Origin: Rhina ancylostomus
Lineage: Eukaryota
Direction: 5' to 3'
Assembly (NCBI GenBank): GCA_030265395.1
Contig: JARFYF010000001.1
Span: 93,534,488 to 93,598,487, forward strand
Length of the DNA: 64,000 nt
Part shown: positions 61,300 through 64,000 of the stretch, one piece after another
Layout of the letters: the number at the start of each line of letters is the position of its first letter
Numbering within the stretch: position 1 is the stretch's first letter
Notes under the pieces: model-generated
What the model was told of the DNA's origin: nothing
What the model saw: the letters and a program-made list of their open reading frames with translations, nothing else
The model's database searches: none
Position numbers and translations under genes: made by a program

Positions 61300-61722
61300 C
61301 TAATGACACTAGAACAGAGGAACACAATCATCCCCTCAAATCTATCCTACCATTTAATGAAATCATGGCAGATTTTGACCTCACTCTACATACCCACCTC
61401 TGCTTCAAATCCCTTAATACAGTTACACAGAACATAGAATAGTACAACACAGGAACAGGCCCTTCAGCCTACAATGTCTGTGCTAGCCATGATGCCAGTT
61501 TAAACCTGATATTTGCCTGCACATGGTCTATTTATGTCCATTCTCTTCCTGTTCATGTGTCTGTCTAAATGCCTTTTAAACATTGTTATTTAATCTACTT
61601 CCACCATTTCCCCTGACAGTAAGTTCCAGGCACTTATCACCCTCTGTATAAAAAAAACTTGCCTCTTAAATCTCCTTTAAATTCCCCCCCCCACCTTAAA
61701 TCTATACCCTCTGGTATTTGAC
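61300..61722 (-). mobile_element. CR1 3' ends (younger copy 61427-61722 adjacent to or inside an older one)
   Basis: agaacatagaatagtacaacacaggaacaggcccttcagcctacaatgtctgtg...aagttccaggcacttatcaccctctgtataaaaaaaaacttgcc. Confidence 0.85.
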
Positions 61723-61889
61723 AACAAAAACCAATATATTTCATATCTTAAATTAACACTTGGTTTAGGGCCCTGATTAGAGGGCACTTAGAATATTGTA
61801 TTGGTCTTCCTAGCAAGGAAATGACATCCTTGCAATAGAGGGAATATATTTGTTAGATTGATTTCTAGAAGTGGGGTTATTTGTCCAAT

Positions 61890-62795
61890 GGTAAGTTGGG
61901 TTATTATCACCATATGTACTGAGGTACAGTGAAAAACTATGTTTTGCATGCCATCTTATACAGATGATTTCATCACATCAGTACATCGAGGTAGAACAAG
62001 GGAAAAGCAGTAACAGAATGCAGAATAAAGTGTTACAGTGAAAGTGCTGTGCAGGCAGACAATAAGAAGCAAGGCCATGATGAGGTAGATTGTGATGTCA
62101 AGAGTCCATCTTGTCATACAAGAGGTCTGTTCAATAGTCTTATAACAGCGGGATAGAAGCTGTCCTTGAACCTGGTGGCATGTGCTTTCAGGCTTTTGTA
62201 TCTTCTACCTGATGGGAGAGGAGAGAAAAGAGAATGTCTGGGGTGGGTGGGGTCTTTGATTATGTTGGCTGCTTTACCGAGGCAGCGAGAAATGTAGACA
62301 GAGTCCATGGAGGGGGACGGGGGGTTGGAGCGGTGCTGGCTTTAACTGTGTCCACAGCTATTTGCAGTTTCTTATGGTCCCAGGCAGAGCAGTTGCCATA
62401 CCAAGCCCCGATGCATCAGGATTGGATGCTTTCTATGGTGCATCTATAAAAACTGGTGAGGGTCAACGAGGATATGCCAAATTTCTTTAGCCTTCTGAGG
62501 AAGTCGAGGTACTGGTGAGCTTTCGTGGCTATGATGTCTTTGTGATTGGACCAGGACAGGTTATTGGTGATGTTTACTTCTAGGAACTTGAAGCTCTCAA
62601 CCCTTTCAACCTCAGCACTGTTGATGTGCACCGCTCCCTTTCCTGAAGTCAATGACCAACTCTTGTTTTACTGACATTGAGGGAAAGGTTGTTGCCATGA
62701 CACCTTCCCATACTCCGACTCATTGTTATTTGAGATACAGTCCACTACGCTGGTGTCATCTACAAACTTGTAGATGGAGTTAGAGCAGAGTCTAC
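61890..62795 (-). mobile_element. Rex-Babar (Rex1-like) LINE, 5'-truncated
   Basis: Minus strand: IYKFVDDTSVVGL, VERVESFKFLEVNITNNLSWS, FLRRLKKFG..FYRCTIESI, SRCLGKAANIIKDPTHP..FKDSFYPAVIRLLN. Confidence 0.95.
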
Positions 62796-63120
62796 TTACA
62801 GCTCAGGGATAAGTGGACTGGATGATAATTTATTGAGTTAAGAAGAATGACAAGTGATCTCAAAGAAACAGACAAAATTCCTATGGAGTCTGACAGGTAG
62901 GATGTTTGAATGATGCTTCATGTGGCTGGGTATCTAAAACCAGCCTCAAAGTAAAGGGGTTGTCCATTCAGGATGAAAATAAGAAGACATTCTTCCATCC
63001 ATAAGGTAGTGAATCTCAGACACTTTCCGCATAAACAGGTTGTGGATGCTCAGTCACTGACCATATTCAATACCTAGATTCATAGGTTTTTGGATATTGT
63101 GGGAGGCAAGAGATAGGGAG

Positions 63121-63437
63121 TACAAGTCCTCCCCAGCTTGTGAACACCTGATTTATGTACAGCTCAGAGGCACAAAAGACTGCAGATGCTGGAATCTGGA
63201 GCAACAAACAATGTACTGGTGGAACTTGGTGGATCAAGCAGCATCTGTGGGAGGAAAGGAATTAACAGCCCATACATCTGAACAAGTTTGAGAGACCCGG
63301 GAGCATGGATTTGCTGGCTTCCTTAGAGCTGCAGGCAAATTCTGCCACCTGGGAACCTCATTTCTGACTTGGGAACTGTTTGGGTTCAGAGAAGTTCATA
63401 GGAACGGATCCCTGTAATAACCTGGGGAGCACCTGGA
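63121..63437. mobile_element. Tigger/pogo-like MITE interrupted by a Penelope fragment
   Basis: Left TAcaagtcctccccagcttgt versus right-end reverse complement tccaggtgctccccaggttat. Interior shared with 2793-3187. Confidence 0.7.
63168..63263 (-). mobile_element. Penelope-derived fragment with a degenerate TSD (acagctca / acagccca)
   Basis: gactgcagatgctggaatctggagcaacaaacaatg...gcagcatctgtgggaggaaaggaatt. Confidence 0.8.
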
Positions 63438-63518
63438 CAGGAAAGTGGAAAGGAGATACAAAATTAGTCATGATCTTGTTGAATGGGTCAGCAAACACAA
63501 AGGGCCTAATTCTGTTGC

Positions 63519-63808
63519 AGGCACAGTAGTGTAGCAGTTAGTGCAACGTTATTACAGTACCAGTGACCCGGGTTCAATTCCGGCCGCAGTCTGTAAGGAG
63601 TTTTTACATCCTCCCGTGTCTGCATGGGTTTCCTCTGGGTGCTCTGTTTTCCTCCCACATTCCAAGGATGTCTGGGTTAGAAAGTTGTGGGCATGCTATG
63701 TTGGAGCCAGAAATGTAGCGACACTTGTGGGCTACCCCCACAACACTCTTCACAAAGATGTATTTCACTGTGTGTTTCAATGTACATGTGACTAATAAAG
63801 ACATCTTA
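63519..63808 (+). mobile_element. HE1-like V-SINE, Rex-like tail type
   Basis: ggcacagtagtgtagcagttagtgcaacgttattacagtaccagtgacccgggttcaattccggccgc...atttcactgtgtgtttcaatgtacatgtgactaataaag. Confidence 0.9.
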
Positions 63809-64000
63809 AATAAAAATGCAAGTGTATTCCCTCACCAGTAGGGTATAGGAAGTACCTTGCAAATACTTCAAGTTAATTTGCTGTCTGTTTGATTACCAGG
63901 AGGAGACTTTTTTTCTCCAGGAGGAGACCAGCCAAGGAATGTTTTTGTGGGGAAAAATGGGAGCAAGCTGTAGGTTACATAGTTATTCACGGTCACACAA

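Larger units (their letters stand above)
61770..63515 (+). mobile_element. Old CR1 3' portion in three pieces (61770-61890, 62800-63120, 63438-63515), split by younger insertions
   Basis: gccctgattagagggcacttagaatattgt (ALIRGHLEYC), agaagaatgacaagtgatctc, and tail tcatgatcttgttgaatgg. Confidence 0.75.

Noticed and set aside
63519-63590. tRNA gene (A/B boxes, gggttcaattcc)
   Set aside because: It is a SINE head: it continues into the V-domain, recurs in many copies and has no proper cloverleaf.

Overview
Eukaryotic, AT-rich, CpG-depleted vertebrate DNA from a gapped draft assembly with about 18 N-gaps. The repeat complement points to a cartilaginous fish, probably a ray/batoid: HE1-like V-SINEs, SacSINE1-like DeuSINEs, CR1, L2, RTE, Rex-Babar, Penelope-like elements and a Tigger-like MITE. 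I recognise no host protein-coding gene, rRNA, true tRNA or CRISPR array. The ORF track is almost entirely N-spanning artefacts, decayed retroelement pieces or chance ORFs. The window looks like a large intron or intergenic region made of layered transposon fossils with unique-looking spacers and a few weak candidate exons. The most notable signal is a family of short Penelope-derived insertions carrying a minimal type-I hammerhead-ribozyme motif (stem I / CUGANGA / stem II / GAAACGUC with a palindromic stem III). Two copies have clean 13-14 bp target-site duplications, and several start or switch strand at the ribozyme. Hammerheads in Penelope-like elements are already known, so novelty is limited to this short non-autonomous form. 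All family names come from motif recognition by eye, not database searches, and most repeat boundaries are approximate (about 20-50 bp).
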